Of a stretch of 64,000 nt of DNA, positions 18,843 through 28,483 are shown piece after piece. Every line of letters begins with the position of its first letter. Within the stretch, counting starts at the first letter, position 1. Origin of the DNA: a virus; IMG/VR virus record IMGVR_UViG_3300049911_000129, positions 35,995 to 99,994 of that record. One strand, given 5' to 3'. The notes beneath the pieces are model-generated. The model saw only the letters and a list, made by a program, of their open reading frames with translations. It did no database searches and was not told the origin of the DNA. Both the position numbers and the translations under genes were made by a program.

Positions 18843-20109
18843 CCTGACGCCCGCGGAAGTGGAGCGCCTCGCGCTGTCTGCAATGAGGACGGCTGACGCC
18901 GTCCAGTGGGCGCTCAAGCGCGGACTTGCCGTAGAGGCTTTCCAGACGGAGGCGGGTGCGGCCGTGTGGTCGCTGCTCAGGGAGCGGGCGCTCTCCGGCT
19001 CGCCGCTGCCGGGACCCGATGACTTGAGGGCCCTCGGGCTGGAGCCGGCCGAGGGGGCGAGGGACTTCCAGACGTACGTCGAGGAGTTGGTCCGCGCCGG
19101 CGTGGCGAGCCAGGCGCGCGCGTCGCTGATGTCGCGGGTCCAGAAGCTGGACGAGGATCCGGAGGGTACCGTCAGGGCCATTGCGGCCGACATGGCGGGA
19201 CTGTCCCTCGGGACCGACCTCCACGTCGGCATGTCCGACAGGGACGCCGCCGACCGCCTCGTGCTGATCCGCGAGCGGGTGGAGGCGAAGTCGGCCGGGC
19301 GCTCGCTGGGCATACCGACCGGACTGCCGGTGTTCGACGACATAGGAGGCGAGTGGCGGCCGGGCGAGGTGGCGACCGTCATGGGCGCGACCGGGTCTGG
19401 AAAGAGCTTCATGCTCGTGTACTGGTGCTGCGTAGCGTACGCGGCCGGGAGGCGGGTCCTCCTGCTGTCGCCCGAGAACACGAAGACCGACATGGAGTGG
19501 CGCGTCGATGTCATTCTGTCCAGGCTCGACTCCGAGGACTGGGGGCTGACGCTGGACGACCTCAGGATGGGCACAGTGGACGTCGCGGCGTATGAGAAGT
19601 GGCTCGACAGGTTCGGGATCCGGGACGACTGGATCACTGTCGACTCCGGGGAGGGCGGCGGGGCGTTCACCGCGGACGACGTGGTGGCCCTCGCGCGCGA
19701 GCACAGGCCGGACATCCTGGCGTTGGACGGCTTCCACCTGCTGGCCGGCAAGGGCAAGAGCTGGGAGGTCATGTTCGACGCCGGCAAGAGGATCAAGGGG
19801 CTCGCCCAGGGGCTGGGGATCCCGATACTCTGCGCGACCCAGGCGACGAGGGAGGCGTCGGTCATACAGGAGGACACTCCGGAGCTGAGCCAGGCGGCCT
19901 ACGGCTACGCCATCATGGAGGACTCCAACAGGGTCGTCGGCATGGCGCGCCAGCGCGGCAACAAGGGCAGGCGCATCTTCAGGGTAACCAAGTGGAGGGA
20001 TGGCCCCGATGTCACGCAGAGGCAGTACCTGAGTTTCGACGTCAACAGGGGGATGATCAGGCAGGTTACGGCGAGGGAGGGGGCGGACGGGCAGGTTGAC
20101 TTCGTATGA
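18835..20109 (+). CDS. dnaB: DnaB-like replicative helicase
   Basis: GIPTG, GATGSGKS, LSPEN, LDGFHL, ATQ, KWRDG. Confidence 0.9.
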   Translation: MPDLTPAEVERLALSAMRTADAVQWALKRGLAVEAFQTEAGAAVWSLLRERALSGSPLPGPDDLRALGLEPAEGARDFQTYVEELVRAGVASQARASLMSRVQKLDEDPEGTVRAIAADMAGLSLGTDLHVGMSDRDAADRLVLIRERVEAKSAGRSLGIPTGLPVFDDIGGEWRPGEVATVMGATGSGKSFMLVYWCCVAYAAGRRVLLLSPENTKTDMEWRVDVILSRLDSEDWGLTLDDLRMGTVDVAAYEKWLDRFGIRDDWITVDSGEGGGAFTADDVVALAREHRPDILALDGFHLLAGKGKSWEVMFDAGKRIKGLAQGLGIPILCATQATREASVIQEDTPELSQAAYGYAIMEDSNRVVGMARQRGNKGRRIFRVTKWRDGPDVTQRQYLSFDVNRGMIRQVTAREGADGQVDFV

Positions 20110-20173
20110 TGATTGCGGAAGACCGATCGAAGAATACCCGCGGGGGACGCGCGGATGACGAGGGAGGCATGAG

Positions 20174-20506
20174 ATGATGGGACCGTGTACCGGGGCGACC
20201 GGGGCGAAGGCGCCCTCATGGGAGGAGCAGCGGGAGAAGGCGGCCCTGACCGGTGAGGTGCTGCTATGCAAGGCGAAGATGCTGGTCGAGGAGGCCGGGA
20301 TACCGGGGCTCCAGATCTACACGATCACGGAGGGGCTCGAGTCGCCCGTGCTGCACAGGCGCAGCATACTGGGGCTTGTCGTAGACCAGCGGTACGGGGA
20401 CTGGGTCCTGCAGACGCTGCACGACGACGACGGCGAGGAGCGCGCGACGACCATCTCCGAGCACGAGGCGGCGGACGTCCTCCAGCAGCTACTGGAGCTG
20501 GTGTGA
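20174..20506 (+). CDS. hypothetical protein
   Basis: GGAGG RBS. Confidence 0.6.
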   Translation: MMGPCTGATGAKAPSWEEQREKAALTGEVLLCKAKMLVEEAGIPGLQIYTITEGLESPVLHRRSILGLVVDQRYGDWVLQTLHDDDGEERATTISEHEAADVLQQLLELV

Positions 20507-20721
20507 TGGCCGACCCGACGGTCGAGGACGACGTCCTCCAGCTCGGAGACGTGGAGACGAGGCGCGGGCTCTACGAGGCGATGACTACGTCGTTCGAGGC
20601 CGTGTTGGCCGCCATGCCGCACATCGGGTGCGACGCGTGCAAGGCGCCGAGGGAGGTCAAGCGGTGCAGGTGCCAGTGCCACATCGACTACTACGTGGAG
20701 GACCTGCCGCTCTATGGCTGA
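20506..20721 (+). CDS. small Cys-containing protein
   Basis: TGATG overlap; CDAC, CRCQCH. Confidence 0.55.
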   Translation: MADPTVEDDVLQLGDVETRRGLYEAMTTSFEAVLAAMPHIGCDACKAPREVKRCRCQCHIDYYVEDLPLYG

Positions 20722-20911
20722 TCTGATAAGGGTAAAGCTAGTGAGATACGTGGACCGGAGCGCCAGGGAGTTCGTGGCCATCGTGGTGGACGAGGACCTG
20801 AGCGAGTTCGAGGGCGGCGGGTACGCCCTGGCCGGTATCGTCGAGTTCGACGTCGACGGGGACTCCATCAGGGATTTCCCGATAGACCGGACACTGGTCG
20901 AGGAGCGCTGA
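20714..20911 (+). CDS. hypothetical protein
   Basis: coupled ORF. Confidence 0.55.
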   Translation: MADLIRVKLVRYVDRSAREFVAIVVDEDLSEFEGGGYALAGIVEFDVDGDSIRDFPIDRTLVEER

Positions 20912-20913
20912 CA

Positions 20914-21339
20914 GTGGCGGATCGGGTCAGCCAGGAGGTGAGGAGCAGGATGATGTCGCGCATACGCGGGCGAGACACCGGCCCGGAGCTGGCGGTCAGG
21001 CGTGCGCTGCACGCGTGGGGCTACCGCTTCCGGGTGTGCTGCGCCGACCTTCCGGGCAAGCCCGACATCTGCTTCCACGCCAGGAGGCACGCGGTCTTCG
21101 TGCACGGCGACTTTTGGCACAGGTGCCCAATTCATACGCATAAGAAGAGGGTCGCGTCCAACGTCAGGTTTTGGGAGGAGAAGTTCGAGAGGAACGTCGA
21201 GCGCGACGCGCGGGTCGCGGCCGAGCTCAGGGCGCTCGGCTGGACGGTGCACGTGATCTGGGAGTGCGAGGTGAAGGACAGGGGCAAGCTGCTGAAGCTG
21301 GCGGCGGCGCTGGGTCCGCCGAGGTTGCGACATGGCTAG
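20914..21339 (+). CDS. vsr: Very-short-patch repair endonuclease
   Basis: RSRMMSRIRGRDTGPE, LPGKPD, FVHGDFWH, NVERD, GW.V.VIWECE. Confidence 0.95.
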   Translation: MADRVSQEVRSRMMSRIRGRDTGPELAVRRALHAWGYRFRVCCADLPGKPDICFHARRHAVFVHGDFWHRCPIHTHKKRVASNVRFWEEKFERNVERDARVAAELRALGWTVHVIWECEVKDRGKLLKLAAALGPPRLRHG

Positions 21340-22294
21340 CGGGGCCGACAGGCTGCGCAAGCTGGTGGCGGCGTCGTCCGGGCCTGACGTCCTCGCGGTC
21401 CTAGAGACGCTCGGCATCGAGGTCGTGCGCGTGGAGCAGAAGAAGCGCGACCCATGGGCGATGTGCCTCTGCCCGTTCCACGACGATCATGACCCATCGT
21501 TCGCCATCGCCATCGAGAACGGTTACTGGGTGTGCTACGCCAGCTGCGGGGTAGGTCGCCTCGCCGAGCTCGTGGCGAGGGTCAAGGGGATAACGGAGGC
21601 TGAGGCCGACATCTGGCTCGGGTCGGTCAAGGCGCCGGACCCCGGCAATGAAGCGTTGAGGAAGGCCATAGTCGGAACGGGCATCGCGGTGGCGGAAGGT
21701 CCGCCGGTGATGCCGGAGTACGAGCATGGGCAGACGTACAAGTACATGGAGGGGCGTGGTTTCGAGCCTGCGACGCTGAGGGCATGGGACGTGGGGATGG
21801 ACAAGGTGCGGGCCGCTGTCGTGATGCCGATCACGTTCCGCGGCAGGATAGAGGGATTGGTGTACAGGTACGTCAACCCGCTCACGTCGCCCAAGTACGT
21901 CTACACGGCCGGCCTCAAGGCGGGTGAGGTGCTGTTCGGCTGGGACATGATACCGGACGCACCAGACGAGATAGTACTCGTCGAGGGGCCACTGGATGCC
22001 ATGTGGCTGTGGCAGTGCGGGATACCGGGGGTCGCACTGCTCGGGGCGCAGATCTCGAGGGCGCAGGCGTCGCTCATCGCCGGCCGCACGAGGGGGGCCG
22101 TGCTTGCGCTCGACATGGACGAGGCGGGTCAGAGGGGCGTGGCGCAGGCTGCGAGGCTCCTCGGCCACAGGATGCGCGTCAGGGCGGCCATCCTGCCGCC
22201 CGGCAAGAAGGATGTCCAGGAGTGCGGGTGCATAGAGCTGAAGGTCGTGGTGTCCCAGGCGGTCGACGTGGCCACAATCGGGTTCCCGAAATGA
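21332..22294 (+). CDS. DNA primase (CHC2 Zn finger + TOPRIM)
   Basis: CPFHDDHDPS...CYASCG; PKY; LVEGPLD; LALDMDEAG; KD. Confidence 0.9.
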   Translation: MASGADRLRKLVAASSGPDVLAVLETLGIEVVRVEQKKRDPWAMCLCPFHDDHDPSFAIAIENGYWVCYASCGVGRLAELVARVKGITEAEADIWLGSVKAPDPGNEALRKAIVGTGIAVAEGPPVMPEYEHGQTYKYMEGRGFEPATLRAWDVGMDKVRAAVVMPITFRGRIEGLVYRYVNPLTSPKYVYTAGLKAGEVLFGWDMIPDAPDEIVLVEGPLDAMWLWQCGIPGVALLGAQISRAQASLIAGRTRGAVLALDMDEAGQRGVAQAARLLGHRMRVRAAILPPGKKDVQECGCIELKVVVSQAVDVATIGFPK

Positions 22295-22362
22295 TGCCGC
22301 CATGTAGGCCCCCATCGCCCCCCGACTGTGGTATAATATGATAAGGAAAGGTTGGCAAGGCA

Positions 22363-23103
22363 GTGGATCTTGAAGGGAGTGGTCATGTGAGCATCCAGGT
22401 AGGCGATAAGCACAGCAACTTGCTGGGCGAGTACACGGCCGTCAAGATCGACGGGGACGATCTCTTCGTCGAGTACACCAGCAGGCCCGGCATCAGGGTC
22501 AAGACGAGCCTCGTCGTGCAGGAGCGGATAGTCGAGAACCTCGCTCGCAAGGAGATGCTGAGGACGAGGCCACCGGAGCCGTCGAGGCGGTCGCGCCGCA
22601 GTTCGACGTTCCAGCCGTTCCGCCCGGCCAAGGCCGATTGGGCGCGGACACCGCTCTACTACCGGACAGTGGGGCTCCTCGCGGCCAACGCGAGCAACTT
22701 CACGTGCGCCGTACCCCACAAGGACATCGACCGGTTCCAGGCGACGTACCGCTCGCTGACCGGAGAGACCGCCGGTTACGACACGCCGGGTATCTCTGAA
22801 CGAGACGTGACGGACATGCGCCGGGACTGGTTGAGGTACGTCTGGTTGAGCTGGAAGATCTCGTTCAACGCCGACGACCACACGGTATTCCGCATACACC
22901 TCATGAGCCAGGAGATACGCGTCGCCAACCCAGATGACGGGTACCCGACGCGGCGCCTCATATCCAACAACGCGCTGTGCTGGGAGCTGGTCGACCTGGG
23001 GTTCAGGCCGGGGCTCAAGCATCAGGACGTGGACGCGATAAGGGCGCTGGTGCCGGCGACGCAGCGGGCGGAGTTCGACCGGGGGTTGGCGGGGTACGTG
23101 TGA
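22363..23103 (+). CDS. hypothetical protein
   Basis: 246 aa ORF after TGGTATAAT (22329-22337); start uncertain. Confidence 0.65.
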   Translation: MDLEGSGHVSIQVGDKHSNLLGEYTAVKIDGDDLFVEYTSRPGIRVKTSLVVQERIVENLARKEMLRTRPPEPSRRSRRSSTFQPFRPAKADWARTPLYYRTVGLLAANASNFTCAVPHKDIDRFQATYRSLTGETAGYDTPGISERDVTDMRRDWLRYVWLSWKISFNADDHTVFRIHLMSQEIRVANPDDGYPTRRLISNNALCWELVDLGFRPGLKHQDVDAIRALVPATQRAEFDRGLAGYV

Positions 23104-23104
23104 T

Positions 23105-23731
23105 ATGGACCCCACGGAGTTCGCCCAGCAGTACGAGCCGTTCATAGCAGCGACGGTCAGACGGTGGGGCATCCCCGGCTGCGACGACGACGACAAGCGC
23201 AGCGAGATATACCACGTGCTCGTCAAGTGCGCCAAGGGGTACGACCAGGCGTCCGGCGTCCCGTTCTTCTTCTACTTCAGGTCGGCGGTGGCCAACCACC
23301 TCGGGAAGGTGTTGACGAGGGGACTCGCCAGGCGCGGGCTGTTGGCTGAGTACAGCTCGCTGTTTCTCTGCGGCATGGGCGAGTTCTACGACGACGACCC
23401 AGAGCTCCGGCAGATCCCGGACCCCAGCCCCGGGCCGGACAGGCTCGCCGAGTCGTCAGAGTTCATGGAGAGGCTCAATAGGCTCAGCCCGGTCGCGCGC
23501 GCCTACATCAGTTGGCGCAGGCTGGGTCCACACTGCGAGCTGCGCGACCCGGTCGACATTAGACTGACTGCGGCGCAGCGCCGGACCGCCAGGGCAGAGC
23601 TCAAGAGGGAGTTGGCCGAGGAACTGCGCGAGTGGCGCAACAGCCTCAGGGTTCCGGTGGACCGCGACGGGAAGCCGGTGCGGAACGTGGCTTCGGCGGT
23701 GCGCTGGGTGCGAGCCGAGCAGATAACGTAG
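23105..23731 (+). CDS. sigma-70-like factor (region 2)
   Basis: YEPFI...DDKRSE...KGYDQASGVPFFFYFRSAVAN. Confidence 0.7.
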   Translation: MDPTEFAQQYEPFIAATVRRWGIPGCDDDDKRSEIYHVLVKCAKGYDQASGVPFFFYFRSAVANHLGKVLTRGLARRGLLAEYSSLFLCGMGEFYDDDPELRQIPDPSPGPDRLAESSEFMERLNRLSPVARAYISWRRLGPHCELRDPVDIRLTAAQRRTARAELKRELAEELREWRNSLRVPVDRDGKPVRNVASAVRWVRAEQIT

Positions 23732-23760
23732 AGACGGAATGGCATATAGGAGGTATCGAC

Positions 23761-24504
23761 ATGGGTGACAGGGGACTCAACTACCTGATGGGGATGCGCG
23801 ACAGGTTCGCGTACCAGGGCGGGAAGATCCGGAAGCTGTGGCTGACCGGCGACGGCGACGTGGCCAAGTTCCGGGTGCTGACCGAGGGGGACGCGATGTT
23901 CAGTCACGTCTTCCACGAAGTGAAGGTCCAGTCTACCAGGAAGGACTTCACGAAGGACGTGATCTGCTCGCGCAGGCTGGACGATGACTGGAACTTCATC
24001 GACCCGATCGAGTCGTGCGCGCAGTGCGTCGCCGGCCTGTACGTGAAGCCCAAGGCCGTGCTTTGGGTCTTCGTCGAGGCGATAGCGCACAACAGCCCGG
24101 CGCAGGACGGGAGCTGGCCGCTCGGCAAGCGCGGACTGCTGAACGTCTACATCGAGACGGTCAACGAGCTGCGCCTGTGGCTGCTTCGCGACCGGATGAT
24201 AGACACCGTCGTCAAGCGGTACGGTGAGAACGGGTCGCTCGTAGACCGCGACTGGGAGCTCGAGCGGCAGGGCGTGACTGGCAAGGGCCCGGTCTCGTAC
24301 ACGCTCATCGGAAAGGACGCGGCACCGCCGAGCGCGGCGTGCCAGAAGGCGATAGCGGAGCTGAGGCCGCTCGAGGAGGTTGTCCTCGAGGAGTTCGGAG
24401 ACCGCAAGCCGGGCGCGCCACAGCAGGCAGTCGTCGAGCCGATCGTGGGGCCGACAAACTCCTCGGGCGGCGGGACGGGCCTCGACGAGGTTACGACGTT
24501 CTGA
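23761..24504 (+). CDS. probable single-stranded DNA-binding protein (gp32-like)
   Basis: L.GDGD.AKFRVL, H..C..CxxC, ERQG, acidic tail ending in F; lies near recA. Confidence 0.65.
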   Translation: MGDRGLNYLMGMRDRFAYQGGKIRKLWLTGDGDVAKFRVLTEGDAMFSHVFHEVKVQSTRKDFTKDVICSRRLDDDWNFIDPIESCAQCVAGLYVKPKAVLWVFVEAIAHNSPAQDGSWPLGKRGLLNVYIETVNELRLWLLRDRMIDTVVKRYGENGSLVDRDWELERQGVTGKGPVSYTLIGKDAAPPSAACQKAIAELRPLEEVVLEEFGDRKPGAPQQAVVEPIVGPTNSSGGGTGLDEVTTF

Positions 24505-24950
24505 TGGCCGAGGAGCCGCTGATGGTCTCGGTCTCGCTCGGGGCCACAATCCCGACCGGCGACTACGGCAACCTGAAGCCGCAGCTGGAGATCCACAACG
24601 TGCGGCTGGACCAGCCGCTGGAGCCCCAGCTGGAGCAGGCGCTCGCGGCCGGCCGGGCGGCGTGGCTCGCCATCGATAGTGAGATAGAGGTCCGCATCAC
24701 GGAGATGCTGTCAGTCAGCGCGGGCGGGCAGGCAGGGGTCGGCGTTCGCGAGCGGCTCGCGGCTCTGGAGGCGTTCATGTCCGTGGTCGGCCCGAGCGTC
24801 AAGAACATCGCGGAGGAGGTGCGCAAGCACAAGGCCGCGCTGGAGAAGCCGAAGAAGGCGAAGAAGGCGAAGGTGAAGAAGGGGGTGGCAGTTGAGCACG
24901 GTCAGGATAGTGGAGATAGCGCACGGGAGGCCGGTGATGGACAGAGCTAA
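24504..24950 (+). CDS. hypothetical phage protein
   Basis: VSLGATIPTGDYGNLK motif. Confidence 0.7.
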   Translation: MAEEPLMVSVSLGATIPTGDYGNLKPQLEIHNVRLDQPLEPQLEQALAAGRAAWLAIDSEIEVRITEMLSVSAGGQAGVGVRERLAALEAFMSVVGPSVKNIAEEVRKHKAALEKPKKAKKAKVKKGVAVEHGQDSGDSAREAGDGQS

Positions 24951-25197
24951 GATAGTGGGCTACAGCGACAAGGTCGGCATGGTTGGCCTGCTCGCGTTCT
25001 ACGCGTTCCACTTGTGGAACCTGCTGTGGACCAGGGAGACGGCCGGGCTGTCGCTACCGGCGTTCTCTTGCCTGCTGGTCGGGTGCGTCGCGTTCACGGT
25101 CCTCGGGGCCGCGACCGGCAAGGTCGGGCTGCTCGTGGCGAACGGCCTGGCCACGATCGTGACGACGATAACGCTGGGGTTCATTCTGTGGGCCTGA
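24937..25197 (+). CDS. small 3-TM membrane protein (PQ-loop/SemiSWEET-like)
   Basis: hydrophobic helices; TRETAGLS; LLVANG. Confidence 0.55.
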   Translation: MDRAKIVGYSDKVGMVGLLAFYAFHLWNLLWTRETAGLSLPAFSCLLVGCVAFTVLGAATGKVGLLVANGLATIVTTITLGFILWA

Positions 25198-25397
25198 CGC
25201 CGTTCAAGTCGCGCTGCCACTCCGACAAGTGCGACGGGCGAGAGCGGGAGTTCGAGAGGCCGCGCAAGATCATGCGCCTGTCGGACGCCGCGGTGGAGGC
25301 GCTCAAGGTCAGGTTCGCCTGCAAGGTGTGCCACGTCGACCAGGATTTCGTCATGACGCCGGCCAACGCGCTGAAGGCCGGACTGAAGAGCGTATGA
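25188..25397 (+). CDS. small Zn-ribbon protein
   Basis: CHSDKC...CKVC. Confidence 0.5.
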   Translation: MGLTPFKSRCHSDKCDGREREFERPRKIMRLSDAAVEALKVRFACKVCHVDQDFVMTPANALKAGLKSV

Positions 25398-26389
25398 GCG
25401 ACGAGAAGGTGCTGGACAGGGCCGGGCTGGAGATCCTGAGGGCCGAGCTGTCGAAGGACAAGTCCGTCGGCGGCATGCTCTTCTGGGGCAGCGACGAGCG
25501 CCTGGTGATCGAGTGGCTGCCGACCGGGATCGCGCCGTTCGACGCGGCCATGGGCGGAGGCTTCGCCTTCGGCCGGATAACCGAGCTGATCGGCGCGTTC
25601 TCCTCCGGCAAGACGCTGCTCGCGTACATGGCCGTCGTCCAGGCGCAGGCCCGCGGGCTGACAGCGTGCTTCGTGGACGTGGAGAAGTCATACGACCCCG
25701 AGTGGGCGAAGACCCTCGGGGTGAACACCGACGACCTATTGGTCGCGCGGCCGCGGTCCGGCGAGCAGGCCTGGGACATGGTCGAGCAGATGTGCCTCGC
25801 CGGCGTCGGGGTCGTCGTCATGGACAGCATCGCGCAGCTCGTGCCGACGGCGGAGGCCGAGGGCGGGATGGACGATCTCCAGGTCGGCGCCCAGGCGCGC
25901 CTCGTCAACAAGGGGCTGCGCAAGGTCACGCTCGCCAACGAGAAGACCATCGTCATCCTCATAAACCAGCTGCGGTCGGCCGTAGGCGTCAGGTACGGGA
26001 ACCCGGAGGTCCTGCCCGGCGGCAAGGGCCAGGGATTCGTCGCGAGCCAGCTCGTGCGCGTGAGGCGCGGGGACTGGATCGAGGAGGGTACCGGCGACCA
26101 CAAGCGGCGCATCGGATACATACTCATGATACGGGTAGAGAAGTCGAAGCTGGGCGAGCCGTGGCGGGAGGGGAGCGTCCCGTTCTTCTTCACCGGCCAG
26201 ATGGACGAGGCCGCCGCGATGGCCCCGCTGGCCGTGGAGCTCGGGATCGTCACCAAGAGGGGCGCGACATACACGCTGCCCAACGGCGACCGGATCATCG
26301 GGATGGCGAAGCTCAGGGAGGCCATATCGGCCGACGAGGGGCTGCAGGCCGAACTGCGGCAGAAGATAGCGGAGGTTCCGGAGTTCTGA
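25394..26389 (+). CDS. recA: RecA recombinase
   Basis: GRITELIGAFSSGKT, FVDVE, DSIA, GAQAR, INQLR, PGG. Confidence 0.95.
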   Translation: MSDEKVLDRAGLEILRAELSKDKSVGGMLFWGSDERLVIEWLPTGIAPFDAAMGGGFAFGRITELIGAFSSGKTLLAYMAVVQAQARGLTACFVDVEKSYDPEWAKTLGVNTDDLLVARPRSGEQAWDMVEQMCLAGVGVVVMDSIAQLVPTAEAEGGMDDLQVGAQARLVNKGLRKVTLANEKTIVILINQLRSAVGVRYGNPEVLPGGKGQGFVASQLVRVRRGDWIEEGTGDHKRRIGYILMIRVEKSKLGEPWREGSVPFFFTGQMDEAAAMAPLAVELGIVTKRGATYTLPNGDRIIGMAKLREAISADEGLQAELRQKIAEVPEF

Positions 26390-26562
26390 TGCGCCAGAGA
26401 CTGACAATCATCCTGAAGCGCGAGGGCGGGCGCGGCGACCACGTGGAGCGCGGCGAGTGCCTCCTCTACGTGGACGAGACCCCGCGCATCCTGACGCGCG
26501 GCAAGAACAAGGCCGGCAAGCGGCGACAGGGAAAGCAGCGCCCGAAGGTAGTGGATGCCTGA
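26389..26562 (+). CDS. small basic protein
   Basis: TGATG overlap. Confidence 0.45.
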   Translation: MRQRLTIILKREGGRGDHVERGECLLYVDETPRILTRGKNKAGKRRQGKQRPKVVDA

Positions 26563-26941
26563 GTGGGACCGTGAGCCGCCGCAGACGGCGCTGACGCGGC
26601 CGCACAGGCGCCTCATGGACCTGCTGAGGGGCATGGGACTGGAGGTGCGGGCCGAGGTCAGGGTCGGGCGGTACGTGCTCGACATCCTGGTGGACGAGCT
26701 CTGGGTCGGCCTGGAGGCCGACGGCCGGGCAGCGCACGCCGGGCCGCGGAAGCGGAAGCGCGACGCCGAACGGGACGTCTGGATACTGGTCAATGCCGGG
26801 ATCCCAATCCTGCGGGTCAGCGAGTGGGAGCTCAAGACGGCCAATAGACCCGCTTTGAACATGCGGATACACGAGTTCGTTGACTCGCATTCGGAGGACA
26901 CGGAGGAGAGGAGGGCGCGCGGCAGATGGGTGGTCGACTGA
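26555..26941 (+). CDS. DUF559/Vsr-like PD-(D/E)xK endonuclease
   Basis: VGRYVLD, LEADG..H, RDAERD, GIPILR. Confidence 0.8.
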   Translation: MPEWDREPPQTALTRPHRRLMDLLRGMGLEVRAEVRVGRYVLDILVDELWVGLEADGRAAHAGPRKRKRDAERDVWILVNAGIPILRVSEWELKTANRPALNMRIHEFVDSHSEDTEERRARGRWVVD

Positions 26942-27384
26942 GGGAGGTCCACGGGGAGCTGGACTACGACGGTGGGCTGACGCGGCTCAAGCACAAGCTG
27001 CAGGGCGCGCACGCCACGTGGCCACCGAGGGACGGGGTTCTGCAGATCATGCTCGACGAGCAGCAGAGCGTTCTCGACGCGATACAGGAGCGGCTGGGCG
27101 AGTCGGATCTACCGGCGTCGCTGCGGCTCGTCGAGATGGCCGACGCGATTGTTATGGAGGCGGCGGAGCTGAAGGCGTGGCTGCCGTGGAAGCGGTGGAA
27201 GGGCGACTACGGCCGCGAGCTCACCGACGAGGAGGAGGCCGGCGTCATCGAGGAGCTGGTCGACATCCTGCACTTCCTGATGGAGGCGCTCCTGATGGCC
27301 GGCGTGGAGTCGGAGTACGACCTGGGCGCGCTCTATCTCGCGAAGGCCGCCGTCAACAAGAAGCGGCAGGAGGACGGGTACTGA
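26926..27384 (+). CDS. dimeric dUTPase/dCTPase (all-alpha NTP pyrophosphatase)
   Basis: EAAEL...PWKRWK...EELVDILHF...K.AVN..RQEDGY. Confidence 0.85.
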   Translation: MGGRLREVHGELDYDGGLTRLKHKLQGAHATWPPRDGVLQIMLDEQQSVLDAIQERLGESDLPASLRLVEMADAIVMEAAELKAWLPWKRWKGDYGRELTDEEEAGVIEELVDILHFLMEALLMAGVESEYDLGALYLAKAAVNKKRQEDGY

Positions 27385-27418
27385 TGCCGCGAGGGTATCA
27401 TATTATAGGAGGGGACGC

Positions 27419-28483
27419 GTGAGATACGGGCCCTACATCGTATTCGAGGGGGCGGACGGGACCGGCAAGACGACGCTGGCCGAGGAGGTCGCCAGGCGGA
27501 CCGGCGTCGGCTACATACACTGCGGACCGCCGGACAAGCCAGCGCTCGAATACTACCTGCAGAAGCTGCGCTCGGTCGAGGGGCCGGCCGTGGTCGACAG
27601 GCTGCACCTCGGGAGCTACTGCTACGGGCTGCCGTTCCGCAACACGGCGGACCTCACGGAGTTCGAGGAGTGGCTGATTGAGGGGTTCCTCTGGGCGCAC
27701 GGTGCGCTCCTCGTCTACTGCACGATCCCACCGGACGTCGTGGACCGCAACCTAGCGCGCGGGCCAGACAACGCGGACGCGGTGATCTACGAGGACCCCG
27801 GGAAGCGGGCGGAGGTTAGGCGCCTCTACGAGGAGAGGATGCTGACGACCGAACTGCTGTCCGTACGGTACGACTACACGAGCTGCGATCACGTCTTCGA
27901 TGCCGCCGCGGCCTACGCCGAGTCCATGATCTACAGCATGTACCGGAGGCGATCCGGCCTCCCGGAGTTCGACGCCATAGGCAACACGGTCGACCCGCAC
28001 TGGGTGCTCGTAGCGGACAGGCCGCACTGGTACGGGCGCGCCCTGGCGAGGGATCGCGGGCAGCGCTTCATGGAGCGGGTCAGCAGGCGGTCGACGGGCC
28101 TCGCGCTGGACGCGGAGTCGGACCGGCACCTGTACATGGCGCTGAAGGCCGCCGGGCTGAGGCTTGGCGACATGTGCCTGTTCAACTCGGTGCAGGGCGA
28201 CGAGCGGACCCTGGCCACGCACTCGCTGGATCTGTCTGACAAGCTGCTGTCGCCGTCAAGGCCGCCGATCGACATCGTCGCCCTCGGGCGGAACGCGGCA
28301 GCTGAACTGTCGTGCGTCGAGGCGGCGTACGGATACAGGATGGTGCCGAGCCCGTCGCACATCCGGCGGGTCCACTACAAGGACGTCGCCAGGTACGGCG
28401 CGGCCATCAGCGGCGAACGCCCGTGGGATGAGGGACAATGCGGCTTCTGCGGCATCGTCCGTTATGAAGGGGGGCAGGCATGA
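27419..28483 (+). CDS. dNMP (thymidylate-like) kinase with extra C-terminal domain
   Basis: IVFEGADGTGKTT, VDRLH; C-terminal VLVADRP...IVALGRNA. Confidence 0.8.
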   Translation: MRYGPYIVFEGADGTGKTTLAEEVARRTGVGYIHCGPPDKPALEYYLQKLRSVEGPAVVDRLHLGSYCYGLPFRNTADLTEFEEWLIEGFLWAHGALLVYCTIPPDVVDRNLARGPDNADAVIYEDPGKRAEVRRLYEERMLTTELLSVRYDYTSCDHVFDAAAAYAESMIYSMYRRRSGLPEFDAIGNTVDPHWVLVADRPHWYGRALARDRGQRFMERVSRRSTGLALDAESDRHLYMALKAAGLRLGDMCLFNSVQGDERTLATHSLDLSDKLLSPSRPPIDIVALGRNAAAELSCVEAAYGYRMVPSPSHIRRVHYKDVARYGAAISGERPWDEGQCGFCGIVRYEGGQA

